Shown piece after piece: positions 1-9,811 of a stretch of 64,000 bases of DNA. Each line of letters begins with the position of its first letter. Within the stretch, counting starts at the first letter, position 1. The stretch is taken from NCBI GenBank assembly GCA_035285865.1, contig JAYKHS010000016.1, positions 1 to 64,000 on the forward strand. Direction: 5' to 3'. The stretch comes from Candidatus Sericytochromatia bacterium. Its GTDB lineage: Bacteria; Cyanobacteriota; Sericytochromatia; S15B-MN24; VGJW01. The notes under the pieces are model-generated. The model did no database searches. It saw only the letters and a program-made list of their open reading frames with translations, and was not told the DNA's origin. Position numbers and translations under genes: made by a program.

Positions 1-525
1 GATCTGGCGCTTTTTCTCTAATTCTTCAGCCAGTTTTTTCTCGAGTTCTTGCTTGCGCTTTTTTTCAAGTGCGATGTCGGGGTCAGGCGTTTTCGCGAAC
101 ACCACCTCGGGCTCCGGCGCGGGCGGCGGGGGAGGCGCGAACACCACTTCGGGCTCAGGCGCAGGCGGCGGGGGCGACGCGAACACAACCTCGGGCGCGG
201 GCGACGGAGGAGGAGTCAGCACCACCGAGGATTCAGGCGCAGCAGCCAAGACAGGGGAAGACTCGGACTGGACAGCTGCCGGATCCTGAAAACTTCGGAT
301 CAGGGCCTCGATCTCGGCGTCCACCGCATCCGCAGTGGGACCGCCCGTCCCACCGGCACTCGGCACATCGGCCTGGAATGGTGCTGGGACAGCGTCATCG
401 GCCACGAAGGGAGGAGGAGCCTCCTGCCCCGTCTGGTAGAACGAGAGCAGATCGTTGAGCGTCGCATCATCCTGTCCGAGGTTGGTATCCCAAGTGGGAT
501 CCCCACCTGAAGCATGGTCGTCCAT
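1..525 (-). CDS. Hypothetical acidic/Pro-rich protein (3' end runs off the window; not in the ORF track)
   Basis: Manual minus-strand translation from ATG 525 (or TTG 534 after GGAG): MDDHASGGDPTWDTNLGQDD...PPPAPEPEVVFA repeats...EKKRKQELEKKLAEELEKKRQI. Open to the window edge, directly downstream of lepA on the same strand. Confidence 0.7.
   Translation of the reverse strand, partial: MDDHASGGDPTWDTNLGQDDATLNDLLSFYQTGQEAPPPFVADDAVPAPFQADVPSAGGTGGPTADAVDAEIEALIRSFQDPAAVQSESSPVLAAAPESSVVLTPPPSPAPEVVFASPPPPAPEPEVVFAPPPPPAPEPEVVFAKTPDPDIALEKKRKQELEKKLAEELEKKRQI
94..216 (-). repeat. Three imperfect 42-bp tandem repeats encoding PPPPAPEPEVVFA
   Basis: cgcgaacac(c/a)ac(c/t)tcgggc begins at 94, 136 and 178. 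Confidence 0.85.
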
Positions 526-590
526 CAGGTCCAAGGCACGATCTCCGGTTCAGCAAGCACGGTTCGGGACAGGGGCATTGCTCCGGCGAC

Positions 591-2405
591 TCAGGAGTCA
601 CCCATCTTGAGCACCGCCATGAAGGCCTCTTGCGGAATCTCCACGCGACCCACCTGTTTCATCCGCTTCTTACCCTCTTTTTGCTTTTCCAGCAGTTTGC
701 GCTTGCGGCTGATGTCGCCGCCGTAGCACTTGGCCAGAACGTCCTTGCGCCTGGCACTGATGGTCTCGCGGGCAATGACCTTGGAACCGATGGCGGCCTG
801 TATGGGCACCTCGAACATCTGGCGCGGAATGATCTCGCGAAGTTTCTCGGCCAACCCCCGACCGACGCTCGCGGCCTTGTCCCGATGCACGATGCAGGAG
901 AGTGCATCCACCTGGTCACCGGCAAGCAGGATATCCATCTTGACGAGGTTGCCCTCCCGATAGCCGATGAGTTCGTAGTCCATCGACGCATAGCCCTTGG
1001 TCCGACTCTTGAGGGCGTCGAAGTAGTCGGAAATCATTTCGGGCAGGGGCATCTCGTAGACGAGGCGCGTTCTCTCGCTCGTCAGGTAATCCATCTGCTT
1101 GAAGATGGCCCTTCTCGCTTGGGAGAGTTCCATCACGGCACCGACGAACTCTGTCGGTGAGAGCACCGTCACCTTGACATACGGTTCCTCGATGCGTTCC
1201 ACGGTGGCCGGGGGGGGCATGTGCGTCGGGTTCGAGACCACCACCATTTCACCCTTGGAGGTGTAGACGTGATAGCTGACGGACGGGGCGGTGGCCACCA
1301 GTGAAAGGCCGTAATGTCGCTCCAGCCGTTCCTGCACGACTTCCATGTGCAGCAAGCCGAGGAAGCCGCAACGGAAGCCGAAGCCCAAGGCCACGGAGCT
1401 CTCGGGTTCGTAGACGAGCGAGGCATCGTTGAGCGACAGCTTCTCGAGCGCGTCCCGAAGCCCCTGATACTCGTCGGACGATATCGGATACAGGCCGCAG
1501 AACACCATGGGAACGGCGGGCTTGTAGCCGGGCAGGACATCCTGGGCCGGGCGCGCCGCGTGCGTGATCGTGTCGCCGACCCGAGCGTCCTGAACATTCT
1601 TGATGCTGGCTGCCAGGTAGCCGACCTCACCTGCGGCCAATTGTCGAACCGGCGTCTGTTTGGGGCTGAGGACTCCGACCTCGGTGACTTCGTAGCTGGC
1701 TCCCGTGGCCATCATGCGGATCCGGTCCCCGACCTTCAGCGTGCCGTTGACGACCCTGAAAAAGATGATGACGCCGCGGTAGCTCTCGAAGTACGAGTCG
1801 AAAACCAAGGCCTGCAGGGGAGCCTCACGGTCGCCCCCGGGCGGTGGCACATGCTTGACGATGGCCTCCAGGATCTCGGGCACGCCCTTGCCTTCCTTGG
1901 CAGACGCCATGATGGCCCCGGAGGCATCGAGGCCGATGTCATCCTCGATCTCCTGGCGGACGCGCTCGGGTTCAGCCCCGGGGAGGTCGATCTTGTTGAG
2001 AACCGGCACGATCTCGAGGTCATGCTCGAGGGCAAGGTAGACATTGGCCAGCGTCTGCGCTTCGACACCCTGCGAAGCGTCGACCACCAGCAAGGCCCCC
2101 TCGCAGGCCTGCAAGCTGCGCGAGACTTCGTAGGTGAAGTCCACGTGCCCCGGCGTGTCGATCAGATTCAGCACGTAATCCTGACTATCGGCGGCCCGAT
2201 AATTCAGGCGCACGGCCTGCGCCTTGATGGTGATGCCCCGCTCCCGCTCGATGTCCATGGAATCGAGGACCTGGTCGGACATTTCTCGCTCGGAAAGTGT
2301 GCCCGTGATCTCGATGAGGCGATCGGCCAGAGTCGACTTGCCATGGTCGATGTGCGCAATGATGCAAAAGTTGCGAATGCGCTCCTGAGGATGGCTGTCG
2401 GTCAT
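591..2405 (-). CDS. lepA: Elongation factor 4 (LepA)
   Basis: [29 protein letters not shown]-terminal [25 protein letters not shown]. Confidence 0.99.
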   Translation of the reverse strand: MTDSHPQERIRNFCIIAHIDHGKSTLADRLIEITGTLSEREMSDQVLDSMDIERERGITIKAQAVRLNYRAADSQDYVLNLIDTPGHVDFTYEVSRSLQACEGALLVVDASQGVEAQTLANVYLALEHDLEIVPVLNKIDLPGAEPERVRQEIEDDIGLDASGAIMASAKEGKGVPEILEAIVKHVPPPGGDREAPLQALVFDSYFESYRGVIIFFRVVNGTLKVGDRIRMMATGASYEVTEVGVLSPKQTPVRQLAAGEVGYLAASIKNVQDARVGDTITHAARPAQDVLPGYKPAVPMVFCGLYPISSDEYQGLRDALEKLSLNDASLVYEPESSVALGFGFRCGFLGLLHMEVVQERLERHYGLSLVATAPSVSYHVYTSKGEMVVVSNPTHMPPPATVERIEEPYVKVTVLSPTEFVGAVMELSQARRAIFKQMDYLTSERTRLVYEMPLPEMISDYFDALKSRTKGYASMDYELIGYREGNLVKMDILLAGDQVDALSCIVHRDKAASVGRGLAEKLREIIPRQMFEVPIQAAIGSKVIARETISARRKDVLAKCYGGDISRKRKLLEKQKEGKKRMKQVGRVEIPQEAFMAVLKMGDS

Positions 2406-2486
2406 GGAGCTTCATGCTAGCACGGACAGGGTCCCCGGCCGTCCTCGGTCAGGACGACGGATGCGCCGGCAGGGTACAACAGACCT

Positions 2487-3830
2487 GTGATGAACCGCTT
2501 CCTTGCCACCGTGATCACCGTCCTCCTGACTGCCTGCACGGCAGTCACGCCGAGCACCGGTAGCGGCAGGACGGTGCTGGACTCGGGCTTGGGCGGCCTG
2601 CTGGCGGGCCCCGTGAAGGTCGGCCAACCGGCGGCCGACGGCGGCATCGACGGCCTGAACAACACCTCGGCGCTCAACAATACCTCGGCACTCAACAACA
2701 CCTCGGCGCTTGCCGAAAAGGCAGAGGGGGCACCTGCCGCCGTGCGCGCCGGGGCCGGGATCTTCCTGGGAGGCAGCCTGCGCATGGGGCCCGGTGTCTC
2801 GGCCGCCCAGGCATACCTGATGCTGACCTCCCTCAACAACACCTCGGCCCTCAACAATACTGCGGCGCTCAACAACACAAGCGCCCTGACCCAGGTGCCC
2901 GATGGCGACGTCCGAACACTCGACGACACGAAACCAATCTCCTGGGCCGAGGCACTGATACTCCCCCTGAACAACACGAGTGCCCTCAACAACACGTCGG
3001 CACTGAACAACACGTCGGCTCGCCGCATTCAGGCAGAGGCGACGCCTTCGGCGATCGTGGTGCTCGAGATCGTGGACCTCGCGAATGCCAAGGTTCAGCT
3101 GCGGCAGCAGTGCAGTCAGGAAGGCCGATGGGCCTTGCCGTGGGATGCATCGTGGACGGCCACGCACAGCTATGCCCTGCAGGCCACCACGGTGACGACT
3201 ACCGGGGTCTCGGGCTTCCTTGCGACGACCTTCTCGGGCAAGGAGGTCCAGGCAGGCACCGCGAACCTCGACCTGTCCCCAGGCAGCACCGTGCTAACCA
3301 TGGCCTGCTCGGCCATGTCCGGCGTGCGGACGCTGAACCAGGCCACCGGTTTCCGGGGCTTCGTGGCACCAGACCTGCTGGCCGTGACGACGGCGCAACA
3401 GCAGGACGTGCTGCAGGCGGCAGGCAATCGCTTGGTGCCAATCCTGCTGACCCATGCCAACACGGATCAGAATACGCTGCAGAAGGCCATGGAGAGTGGC
3501 TCGGATGCCATCGTGCATACCGTCCTTAACAGGCTGATCGTCCGTGCAGGGCGGTTCGACAACCTGACAGCCATCGGCATTGGTGCGGCCGAGGTCCTCC
3601 TGCGGCGCATCGTCGAGATTCCCGACTCGCACCTGCCACCGGGTGTCGGTTCATCCGTGGGAGCCTTGGTCAGCTATCTCGTCGACTACACCCCGCGCCC
3701 CAGATTCGATCAGGAGCCGACGACGGACTGTGCGAGCGGGAAGGATGCCTGCAAGATCATCATCACGAGCGAGGACATTCTCGAGGCCGCCGACCGCATC
3801 ACCGGCGAGATCGTACTGCCCGCCCGCTGA
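2487..3830 (+). CDS. Putative lipoprotein with LNNTSA repeats
   Basis: Signal peptide and lipobox LLTAC; nine LNNT(S/A)A units. Confidence 0.8.
   Translation: MMNRFLATVITVLLTACTAVTPSTGSGRTVLDSGLGGLLAGPVKVGQPAADGGIDGLNNTSALNNTSALNNTSALAEKAEGAPAAVRAGAGIFLGGSLRMGPGVSAAQAYLMLTSLNNTSALNNTAALNNTSALTQVPDGDVRTLDDTKPISWAEALILPLNNTSALNNTSALNNTSARRIQAEATPSAIVVLEIVDLANAKVQLRQQCSQEGRWALPWDASWTATHSYALQATTVTTTGVSGFLATTFSGKEVQAGTANLDLSPGSTVLTMACSAMSGVRTLNQATGFRGFVAPDLLAVTTAQQQDVLQAAGNRLVPILLTHANTDQNTLQKAMESGSDAIVHTVLNRLIVRAGRFDNLTAIGIGAAEVLLRRIVEIPDSHLPPGVGSSVGALVSYLVDYTPRPRFDQEPTTDCASGKDACKIIITSEDILEAADRITGEIVLPAR
2655..3020 (+). repeat. Three triplets of an 18-bp coding repeat (LNNTSA) at 2655-2708, 2832-2885 and 2967-3020
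   Basis: Direct reading; codons vary synonymously between copies. Confidence 0.95.
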
Positions 3831-4966
3831 TGACGCCCCTGAGGACCAGTTTCATCGGGCCATGGCGCATAATGGCCCTGCTGCTGTCCGTGGCCTGCAG
3901 CCCGCCGGAACGGCTTCAGGTGAACCGCCCTGCAGGCACGCCGGCGCCCTCGATCCGGGCCGACTTGATGCCGACACCGGAATTGGAAGGCTGGATCCAG
4001 GGCGCGGACGGGGCCACGGGGGCAGAAACGATGGCCATGCTCGGCCTGCCGCTCGTCAACGACAATCCTCTGACCATCCTGCCGCCTCTGGGTTCCGCAG
4101 GCCCCGACAAGGCCCTCGAGCCAGTTGGCCCGCAGGCTCCGCTCGACTGGTCGACGGCTGGCGGGCTGCCGGCACGCAGACTCGCGACGGGGGCCGCCGC
4201 ACCAGTGGGCGTGCGTGCCGTGGCACAACTCGTGGATGCATCCTCGGGCAAGGTCCGTGGCCAAGCCGTCGTAGGCCCCAGGGGCGACTTCCGGATGGCG
4301 TGGCTGGTCCGCGAGGCCACGGCCTCCCTCCTGCTGCAGGTGACGGCCCTGCGCGAGGACAACCTTATCTCGGGCTTCCTCGCGACGACCTTTCGTGCCG
4401 AGGACTTCCGCAGCAAAGGCATGGTCCCTGTTGTCGTATCGACGGGCACCACGGCTCATGCCCTCGCGATGCTCCATCTTGCCGGCGGCAGCGGATCATG
4501 GCGTGCCAACACGGGCTTCAGGGGGCTGGCCTCCTCGAGGCTGGCGCGTTTCATCGCAGATGTGGATGCCACCAGCAGCGCCCGGCTTGGAAATCTGGCG
4601 ATGCCGCACGAGACCCAGCCAGCGTGCGGCCAGGACTTGCTCGACATTGCCGCAGGACATGCTCGGGCCATCGCGGAAGGCATCGACCGGCTATCCGCCG
4701 AACTGTCCGGCGCAGTTCCGGGCCGGAAGTCGCTCGCTCTCGCCCTAGCCTCCGCCCGTCGCCTCCGCAACCTGTACGAGGAGCAAGCCCAATCGCCAGC
4801 AGTCGTCCACGGACAGACGCTGCCACAGATCGGATGCCAAGGCGGCTCGGCAGCCCCGGAACCATCTGGCCCAATCCCGGACACCGTGGCTTGGCTGACA
4901 GACGGACTGCTTCGCGAAACGGCAGCCGAGTTGGCCCGTATCGCGGACTCAGGCCTGCCCGACTGA
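3830..4966 (+). CDS. Putative lipoprotein, distant paralog of the upstream gene
   Basis: Lipobox LSVAC; shares SGFLATTF and TGFRG motifs with 2487-3830; TGATG coupling. Confidence 0.7.
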   Translation: MTPLRTSFIGPWRIMALLLSVACSPPERLQVNRPAGTPAPSIRADLMPTPELEGWIQGADGATGAETMAMLGLPLVNDNPLTILPPLGSAGPDKALEPVGPQAPLDWSTAGGLPARRLATGAAAPVGVRAVAQLVDASSGKVRGQAVVGPRGDFRMAWLVREATASLLLQVTALREDNLISGFLATTFRAEDFRSKGMVPVVVSTGTTAHALAMLHLAGGSGSWRANTGFRGLASSRLARFIADVDATSSARLGNLAMPHETQPACGQDLLDIAAGHARAIAEGIDRLSAELSGAVPGRKSLALALASARRLRNLYEEQAQSPAVVHGQTLPQIGCQGGSAAPEPSGPIPDTVAWLTDGLLRETAAELARIADSGLPD

Positions 4967-6142
4967 AGCCGGGCTGCCGAGACCTGCACGCAGCAGGATA
5001 CGCTCTGCGGCACGCCCGACTGCACCCCGCTCGCCCAGCTGCGCGGCAACGACGTCGAGGCCGGCCAGATGGGCCAGACGTTCAGGCCCCTCGCGCAACA
5101 GGGGCTCCACGGCATCGGCCAGGGCAGCGGGCGTCACGGCTTCCTGCAACAACTCGGGAATGATGGCCCGCTGCGCGACGATGTTGGGCAGCGTCACATA
5201 GGGAATCCGCAGCAGGCGTCTCGCGGCGAAGGCCGTCAGTCCCGAAACCCGGTACGCAGCCACGACCGGCACCCGCATCACCGTCGCTTCCAGCGTCACC
5301 GTTCCCGATGCGGCCAGCAGGCCATCACAGGCTCCCAAGACGGCCATGCCGGAAACTCCGTCGAGGCGCACGACCTTGCGCAGCCCCGGCAGCTCCGAGA
5401 CCTGCCAACCCGATGCAGCCAGTGCCTCATCCACCAGCGCCCTGACGTGCGGCGCGGCAACAGGAAGCACCACGGCAAGGTCGGGTGCCCGCTGCTGCAG
5501 CAACGCAGCAGCCTCCAGAAATGCTGGCAGGAGACGGGATACCTCCTGCGCCCGGCTGCCCGGAAAGAGGCCCAATACGCGACCGTCCCCGGGGAAACGG
5601 CGCCGAATCTCGGCGACGCGCGCTGGATCGGGTTGCATGTCGAGCAGCGGATGCCCGACGAAGGTGACTCGGCCACCGGCGCCCCGGTACACCTCTGCTT
5701 CCCGACCGAATATCGCCAGAATCTCGTCGACTGCCTCGGCGACCTTGCGCGGGCCCGAAGCCAGACCCCAGATCCACTCCTGGGGTGAGATGTAGTAGAC
5801 GGTCGGGAGGCCAAGGCCTCGGGCGATTCGGGCAAGGGCCATGTTCGCGCCCTGGAAGTCGATGAGCACGACGGCAGCAGGCCTGATCCGGGCAAGCCGG
5901 CGGCGAGCGGCCCTGAGCGCGCGCCAGGACGGCAGGACGGAGGCGAGATTCTCCGTCAGGCCGACGGCCGCATGGGGCACCAGGTCAGCTTCTAGCGCAA
6001 CACCGGCCTCGGCCATGCGGTGACTGCCCCAACCGATCAGGCGAACCTCCGGGCAACGGGCCCGAAGCGCCCTGGCGAGGGCTGCGCCATGCACGTCGCC
6101 GGAGACTTCACCGGCCGCGAGGAAGAGGACCGGCGCGGTCAT
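4949..6142 (-). CDS. lpxB: Lipid-A-disaccharide synthase
   Basis: AGEVSGDVHG, YYISPQEW, FVGHPL, PGSRAQEV, ASGTVTLE; position in the lpx operon. Confidence 0.97.
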   Translation of the reverse strand: MTAPVLFLAAGEVSGDVHGAALARALRARCPEVRLIGWGSHRMAEAGVALEADLVPHAAVGLTENLASVLPSWRALRAARRRLARIRPAAVVLIDFQGANMALARIARGLGLPTVYYISPQEWIWGLASGPRKVAEAVDEILAIFGREAEVYRGAGGRVTFVGHPLLDMQPDPARVAEIRRRFPGDGRVLGLFPGSRAQEVSRLLPAFLEAAALLQQRAPDLAVVLPVAAPHVRALVDEALAASGWQVSELPGLRKVVRLDGVSGMAVLGACDGLLAASGTVTLEATVMRVPVVAAYRVSGLTAFAARRLLRIPYVTLPNIVAQRAIIPELLQEAVTPAALADAVEPLLREGPERLAHLAGLDVVAAQLGERGAVGRAAERILLRAGLGSPASVGQA

Positions 6143-6954
6143 CCCTCGACTTCCGCTGGCCCTTGTCGCCGTGCGATGCCAACCAGTCCGCGCGTTCCAC
6201 CCTTCACGAAGGCCACCAGATGGCGTACCTCAGCCTGCTCCATAAGGGCAGGCTCGGCCTCGATCGCAGCGACAGCCTGACCAACGTTCAAGCGCTGTCG
6301 ATAGAGGATTCTGTAGGCTTCCTTGAGCGCCGTACGGACCTCGGCAGCGACACCTGCACGACGCAGACCGATCACGTTCGTGCCCGAGACGCGTGGCGGG
6401 GAGCCTTCGGCAAGGGCATAAGGCGGCACATCCTGCACGATGCGGCTCATGGCCCCGATCATCGCCAGTGCCCCGATGCGGCAGAACTGATGAACGCCCA
6501 CCAGGCCCCCGACCACGGCGCCATCCCCGACGGTGACGTGTCCGGCAAGCGTGGCGGCATTGGCCAGCACGATACCGTTGCCCACCACGCAGTCATGCGC
6601 CACATGGACGTAGGCCATCAGCAGATTGTCGTGGCCGACTCGCGTCTCGCCCGAAGCGGCCGTCCCGCGATTGATCGTCACGCACTCCCGGATGGTGTTG
6701 CGATCGCCGATGATGCAGCGCGTCCTCTCGCCATCGAACTTGAGATCCTGCGGCACGGCCCCGAGCACGGCACCCGGAAAGATCCGGCAGTCATCGCCCA
6801 GCGTCGTGTGCGGCTCGATCACCACATGGGGGCCTACGGTGGTGCGGGCCCCGATCTGGACATCCTCGCCGATGACCGCATAGGGACCTACGACTACCCC
6901 GTCAGCAAGACGCGCGGAGGGGTGGACAACGGCCGTGGGGTGCAACTCGATCAT
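6139..6954 (-). CDS. lpxA: UDP-GlcNAc acyltransferase
   Basis: Start MIELHPTAVV (ATG 6954); hexapeptide repeats, PQDLKF, MAYVHVAHDC, HQFCRIG. Confidence 0.97.
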   Translation of the reverse strand: MIELHPTAVVHPSARLADGVVVGPYAVIGEDVQIGARTTVGPHVVIEPHTTLGDDCRIFPGAVLGAVPQDLKFDGERTRCIIGDRNTIRECVTINRGTAASGETRVGHDNLLMAYVHVAHDCVVGNGIVLANAATLAGHVTVGDGAVVGGLVGVHQFCRIGALAMIGAMSRIVQDVPPYALAEGSPPRVSGTNVIGLRRAGVAAEVRTALKEAYRILYRQRLNVGQAVAAIEAEPALMEQAEVRHLVAFVKGGTRGLVGIARRQGPAEVEG

Positions 6955-7400
6955 CGTTCCACCAGCGAGAACATCAACTCGCCTTCCGTCACGAGTTGGC
7001 CGTCGACATGCGCGACGGCCCGAGCCTTGCCGATGCCAGAGCGAAAGCGCAGCACCTCGGTCTCGATGGTCAGGGTATCGCCGGGACGGACCATGCGGCG
7101 GAAACGGCACCCATCGATGCCCACGAAGACCGCAAGGCGTCCCCGATGCTCGGGCATGGCCAGCATGGTGAGGCCGGACACCTGCGCGAGTGCCTCGACC
7201 ATCAGGACTCCCGGCATCAGGGAGCGTCCGGGGAAATGCCCCTGAAAGAACGGCTCGTTGATGGTCACGTTCTTGACGGCCTTGGCCCGGACACCCGGCA
7301 CAAGTTCGAGCACCCGATCGACCAACAGGAACGGATAGCGATGAGGCAGCAGGGCCATAAGCTCATCAGCCTCTATCGGCCCCAATACCTCAAGGGACAC
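6951..7400 (-). CDS. fabZ: 3-hydroxyacyl-ACP dehydratase
   Basis: LPHRYPFLLVDRV, NEPFFQGHFP, MPGVLMVEALAQ; GTG start assumed. Confidence 0.97.
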   Translation of the reverse strand: MSLEVLGPIEADELMALLPHRYPFLLVDRVLELVPGVRAKAVKNVTINEPFFQGHFPGRSLMPGVLMVEALAQVSGLTMLAMPEHRGRLAVFVGIDGCRFRRMVRPGDTLTIETEVLRFRSGIGKARAVAHVDGQLVTEGELMFSLVER

Positions 7401-8295
7401 GAGACACCTCCGCAGCTTCGGGAACGCCGATCGCGACCGGCTCGTCACCTTCGCCGACCATTGCTTCGAGACGCTCGGCCAAGGCCACATGCAAGGCATG
7501 GCCGGCTCGCGTGGCCGAGATGGCGCCAACCCATCGACACCCCGTCAGAGCCAGATCGCCGACCAAATCGAGAATCTTGTGACGGACGAACTCGTCGGCG
7601 TGGCGCAGGGGCGTCGACGTGCCGTGAGCACCCACCACGACGGCATTTTCCACCGATCCGCCTCGCGCCAGGCCCAATGCCCTCATGCGCTCCGCCTCGA
7701 CCTCAAGACAGAAAGTTCGTGCATCGAGGACTTCGCGCACCAGCACATCCGGTTCGACGGACACCCGCAGGGCCTGCGGCCCCGCGAGCGGATGCCCGTA
7801 ATCGACCTGATAGAGAATCCACGGCGCATCTGCTGGTTCTGCCGCGACCCGGCGGTCGTCCCGCACGACGGCCACGGGTTCGCACACCCGAAGCGTTCGA
7901 GCCGGTGCCTCCTGACGGGTCAGGCCGACTGCCTCGAGCGCGCGCACGACCGGCATCGCCGAACCGTCCAGTGCCGGCACCTCAGGGCCATCGACCGCAA
8001 GCAGGGCGTTGGTGATCCCCAGGGCGTAGAGGGCGGCCAGCAGATGCTCGACCGTACGGATGGTGGCGTGACCACGCCCCAGCGTCGTCGAGAGGGTGGT
8101 ATCCGTCACGAACGCGGTCCGCGCCGGAATGCGCGGCCGGCCGGGCAGGTCCTCGCGCAGGAAGACCAGACCGTGGTTGACGGGTGCAGGCAGGATGCGG
8201 ACGTTGACCGGCTCGCCGGAATGCAGGCCTACGCCCGGAAGCATGACCGGACGTGCAGGAGTGGCCTGAAACGGAGAGAAATGCAGGAAAGACAC
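7390..8295 (-). CDS. lpxC: UDP-3-O-acyl-GlcNAc deacetylase
   Basis: GVGLHSG, TVEHLLAAL, HKILDLVGDL, GHALH. Confidence 0.97.
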   Translation of the reverse strand: MSFLHFSPFQATPARPVMLPGVGLHSGEPVNVRILPAPVNHGLVFLREDLPGRPRIPARTAFVTDTTLSTTLGRGHATIRTVEHLLAALYALGITNALLAVDGPEVPALDGSAMPVVRALEAVGLTRQEAPARTLRVCEPVAVVRDDRRVAAEPADAPWILYQVDYGHPLAGPQALRVSVEPDVLVREVLDARTFCLEVEAERMRALGLARGGSVENAVVVGAHGTSTPLRHADEFVRHKILDLVGDLALTGCRWVGAISATRAGHALHVALAERLEAMVGEGDEPVAIGVPEAAEVSRVP

Positions 8296-8300
8296 GTGAA

Positions 8301-9338
8301 CTACTCCGTGGGCATGAGGGAACGCAGACGTTCCTCAATCTGATCGAGCCGACGCGACAGCTGGCCCGGCAATGCCTGACGCCGCAGCTCCTCACGATGC
8401 GGACGAGCCGGGAAGCCCGAGTGCAACCCTGGCGCCGCGGTGTCCTTGGTCAGGACGCCTCGCGCCGCCAGCACCACATCGTCGGCGACATGCACGTGGC
8501 CGACGATACCGGTCTGACCGCCCATCACCACGCGATCCCCAAGCGTTGCGGAACCGGCGACTCCGGATTGGGCGACCAGCATCGCATCGCGACCGACCCG
8601 GACGTTGTGGGCGATGTGCACGAGGTTGTCGAGCTTCGTGCCTCGCCCGATGCGGGTCTCTCCCAGGGTGGCCCTGTCGACGGTGGCATTGGCGCCGATT
8701 TCGACATCGGCCTCGAGGATGACCCGACCAAGCTGGGGCGTGCGAACGTTCCCCGACGTGGTCGGCACCACGCCGAAACCGTCGGAGCCCACCACCGCAC
8801 CCGGCTGCAGGCAGACCCGGTCTCCGAGCACGCAACCCTCGCGCACGACGGCACCGGCATGCAACAGGGCGTCCTCGCCGACCTCGACCCCGTCGTAGAG
8901 CACGACCCGGGCGTGGAGTACCGAACCGCGGCCGATCCGGACGCCCGCGCCCACGCTGACGAACGGGCCGACATGGACGGAAGAATCCAGGGTCGCGGAA
9001 GGGTCGATCCACGCCGTCGGATGGATACCGGGCGGCGGCGGCGGCGGAGCGAAGAGCCCCATCACGCGCGCCATGGCCTCCCGGGGCCGGGAAACCGCGA
9101 TGCCGACCCGTCCATCGGGCACTCGGGCGGCAAGCATGAAGCCGGCCCCAGAAGCCAAGATGCGTGCCGCGTGGCGATCCTCAAGCAGGAAGACCATGTG
9201 CCCGGGACCGGCGGCCTCGGGCTCGGCGACTCCGAGGACCATCAGGCCGGGGTCACCGACGACGGTTCCGCCGACAGCCTCGGCAAGCGCAGCAAGACTC
9301 AGACCGGTCGTCGGACTCGTGGCGAGTGCCTGCTTCAC
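8301..9338 (-). CDS. lpxD: UDP-3-O-acylglucosamine N-acyltransferase
   Basis: [29 protein letters not shown]. Confidence 0.97.
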   Translation of the reverse strand: MKQALATSPTTGLSLAALAEAVGGTVVGDPGLMVLGVAEPEAAGPGHMVFLLEDRHAARILASGAGFMLAARVPDGRVGIAVSRPREAMARVMGLFAPPPPPPGIHPTAWIDPSATLDSSVHVGPFVSVGAGVRIGRGSVLHARVVLYDGVEVGEDALLHAGAVVREGCVLGDRVCLQPGAVVGSDGFGVVPTTSGNVRTPQLGRVILEADVEIGANATVDRATLGETRIGRGTKLDNLVHIAHNVRVGRDAMLVAQSGVAGSATLGDRVVMGGQTGIVGHVHVADDVVLAARGVLTKDTAAPGLHSGFPARPHREELRRQALPGQLSRRLDQIEERLRSLMPTE

Positions 9339-9811
9339 TTGCCGTTTAGCCTCGCGAGCACCTCGTCCGTGAGATCCAGACCGCCGTAAAGCACGATCTG
9401 GCGATCCACGACCGTGGCGATGCCCTTGCGCCGGGCAACATCCGCAATCGCCCGCTGCAGCTTGCCCTTGATGCGCTCGGTCAGTCGCCTGTCAAGCGCC
9501 TCGACGGCCTCCTTCTTGGGACGGAGGACACGCTCGGCCTCCTTGGTCAGCTTTTCGACCTCGCTCGCCGACTTGCCCGCCTTTTGAGCCTTCTGGATCT
9601 CGTCGTTGCGGCGAAGCAGTTCCCGCTGGTAGGCCTCGGCCTTGCCCCGGAGCTCACCCTGGGAAGACAAAGCCTCCTTGTACTGGGCCAGCAGACGCTG
9701 CGTGTCGACGAAGGCCAGCGTCGGCCCCTCGGCGGCCGACGCCGGCACCGCACAGGCGATGGTCAGGAAACCGACGGCCAGTGTGGCCCGGAACAGGCGC
9801 AAGACGTGCAT
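9335..9811 (-). CDS. skp: OmpH/Skp-family periplasmic chaperone
   Basis: True start MHVLRLF at 9811 (overlaps the bamA stop); signal peptide, [10 protein letters not shown], coiled coil, [13 protein letters not shown]. Confidence 0.88.
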   Translation of the reverse strand: MHVLRLFRATLAVGFLTIACAVPASAAEGPTLAFVDTQRLLAQYKEALSSQGELRGKAEAYQRELLRRNDEIQKAQKAGKSASEVEKLTKEAERVLRPKKEAVEALDRRLTERIKGKLQRAIADVARRKGIATVVDRQIVLYGGLDLTDEVLARLNGK

